DNA of 64,000 nt from Scyliorhinus canicula. Lineage: Eukaryota. Positions 62,403 to 64,000 of the stretch are shown one piece after another. Position 1 is the stretch's first letter. Every line of letters starts with the position of its first letter. Position numbers and translations under genes: made by a program. The DNA is taken from contig NC_052159.1 of assembly GCF_902713615.1 (NCBI RefSeq), forward strand, positions 9,560,018 through 9,624,017, in the 5' to 3' direction. The notes below the pieces were generated by a model. The model made no database searches. It was not told the DNA's origin and worked only from the letters and a program-made list of their open reading frames with translations.

Positions 62403-62472
62403 ATGCCTGCTGTTTGGCCGAGTCTTCTGGATCTCAGCAGGGATGAATGCAAGAGGATACTTCGAAAACTTG
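62403..62472 (+). CDS. EMSY: EMSY first coding exon (MPAVWPSLLDLSRDECKRILRKL+G), start of the ENT domain
   Basis: Matches the recalled EMSY N-terminus MPVVWPTLLDLSRDECKRILRKL. 70 coding nt, donor G|gtaaaa, probable acceptor ttgcag| at 62367. Confidence 0.96.
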
Positions 62473-62801
62473 GTAAAACATTGTGGATTATTTTCTTTTC
62501 CTTTTCTGCTACAATCAGATTCTGTGTAGTGAATGACTGAGTTTTTTCTCATGATTTCTCTCTGAATTTACAGTAATATGTTCCAGAGGCATATGTTGAG
62601 TGAAACATTCAAATAAAATCAAAAATCTTAATTTGCAAATAAATTGGTAAATGCTGTAAAGCAGACTATTATACAAAATAATCGCAGGAGACGCAGGTAC
62701 CGAACGATCGTTTATGAAGAGAAATGTTAACCTTTCCTTGGAACAAATAGGAAGTGTGTAGATTAGAGATGTGTTTTGCTATTTTCTCTCTCGCTTTTTA
62801 G

Positions 62802-62901
62802 AACTTGAAGCTTACGCTGGCGCTATCAGTGCGCTTCGAGCACAAGGCGACCTTACGAAAGAAAAGAAGGACCTCCTTGGAGAATTGGCCAAGGTTCTTA
62901 G
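62802..62901 (+). CDS. EMSY: EMSY second coding exon (E-LEAYAGAISALRAQGDLTKEKKDLLGELAKVL-S), ENT domain; gene continues right of the window
   Basis: Polypyrimidine tract plus ag|AA...AG|gtaaat, 100 nt, phase-compatible with the previous exon. Near-identical to the recalled EMSY ENT domain. Confidence 0.96.
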
Positions 62902-64000
62902 GTAAATCTTATAAGGAGGTTAAAATCTGTTTTCCTGAGTTTTGTTTTGGGTTCATGATTCTAATTTTTTATTTTCTGCATATTATCCCACCTACCTCAT
63001 CTGAAATGGAGTAGAAATGTATTTCTTCCTTCATGCCTTTCCAAAAGCAGATTATTGCATTGAGGTAGTTTACAGTGATCCTGCAGTGGCTTTGCATTAA
63101 CTTAAATTGTGCTTGTTTCTTTTTCCTGCGGTGAAATTCCTTGGTTGTGACACTTAATACTTGTATTTATGTAGCACATTATCATAGTAATAGGGCAGGG
63201 GGGAGTGGGCCCAGGTAGGGTGTTCTAGGTTTGGTGCACACTCGGTGGGCCGAATGGACTCCTGCACTGTAGGAATTCTAAAATGCCTCAAAGGGCTTCA
63301 CTAAGTCACCACACAACATAAAAAATAAATTATGTAAGGAAATCATGTTGTATGTAAAATTAATCAAGGACTAGTTTTGCTACTTCTGTCAAAAGGAAAA
63401 ACCTTGAGGGTGGCACGGTGGCGCAGTGGTTAGCATTACTGCCTCACGGCACCGAGGACCCGGGTTCAATCCCAGCCCTGGGTCACTGTCCGTGTCTACG
63501 TGGGTCTCACCTCCACCACCCAAAGATGTGCAGGGTAGGTGGGTTGGCCATGCTAAAGTGCCCCTTAATTGGGAAAAAGAAATAAACAAATGGAAGAACC
63601 TCAGTTGCACTGAAAAGGATCCACTCCTTGCTATCTGGTAAATTGAAGAAGGTATCGTTATATATGCCCCATCTCCTGTTCAGTTAGCAAGGCTGCTCAG
63701 AAGCAAGTGGCAGTCTGAAGTACAGAAACAGAAGCAACATTTACCATTTATTTATACAGCTTTTAACAAAGCACAACACGCAAGATACATCACAGAAGTG
63801 TCATATATTCAACATTTCGCACTGAGGCACAAAAGGTGTTATCAGGACAGCTAGAAAGCTAGATCGAAGAGGTGAATTTTCAGTCCTGGTTTAAAGCACA
63901 AGAGAAATTTAGAAAGGTTTACAGAGGAAATTTCAGGTAGTGCCAGGAGAGGAATGATCAAAACTAAGGATGTGCAAAGTGCCAGAATTGGAGGAGTGCA

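Overview
This is vertebrate genomic DNA, most likely a shark. That is an inference from the HE1/V-SINE-like, CR1, Rex-Babar, Penelope-like and Harbinger-MITE repeat content. There are no prokaryotic genes or CRISPR arrays, and almost every ORF in the six-frame track is a repeat artefact. Two host genes lie head-to-head. On the minus strand is a THAP12/PRKRIR-like gene: coding exons 2-4 are at 2528-2648, 677-790 and 542-578, and the large last exon should lie left of the window. On the plus strand is EMSY: a probable non-coding exon 1 ends at 56190, and ENT-domain exons are at 62403-62472 and 62802-62901. The most notable observation is that the THAP12-like gene has two intact, paralogous 92-nt first coding exons (7950-8041 and 24934-25025). 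Each has its own CpG-rich promoter and the same splice phase, but only one set of downstream exons is visible. The rest of the window is transposons: a TSD-flanked L1 with an internal ORF1 deletion; a Rex-Babar LINE whose 33-bp linker has expanded about 126-fold; a second 33-bp minisatellite abutting the EMSY promoter; a decayed Gypsy provirus; solo LTRs; nested Harbinger-type MITEs; Penelope-type fold-backs with minimal hammerhead cores; and dozens of SINEs. Repeat family names come from recalled sequence features, not from database searches.
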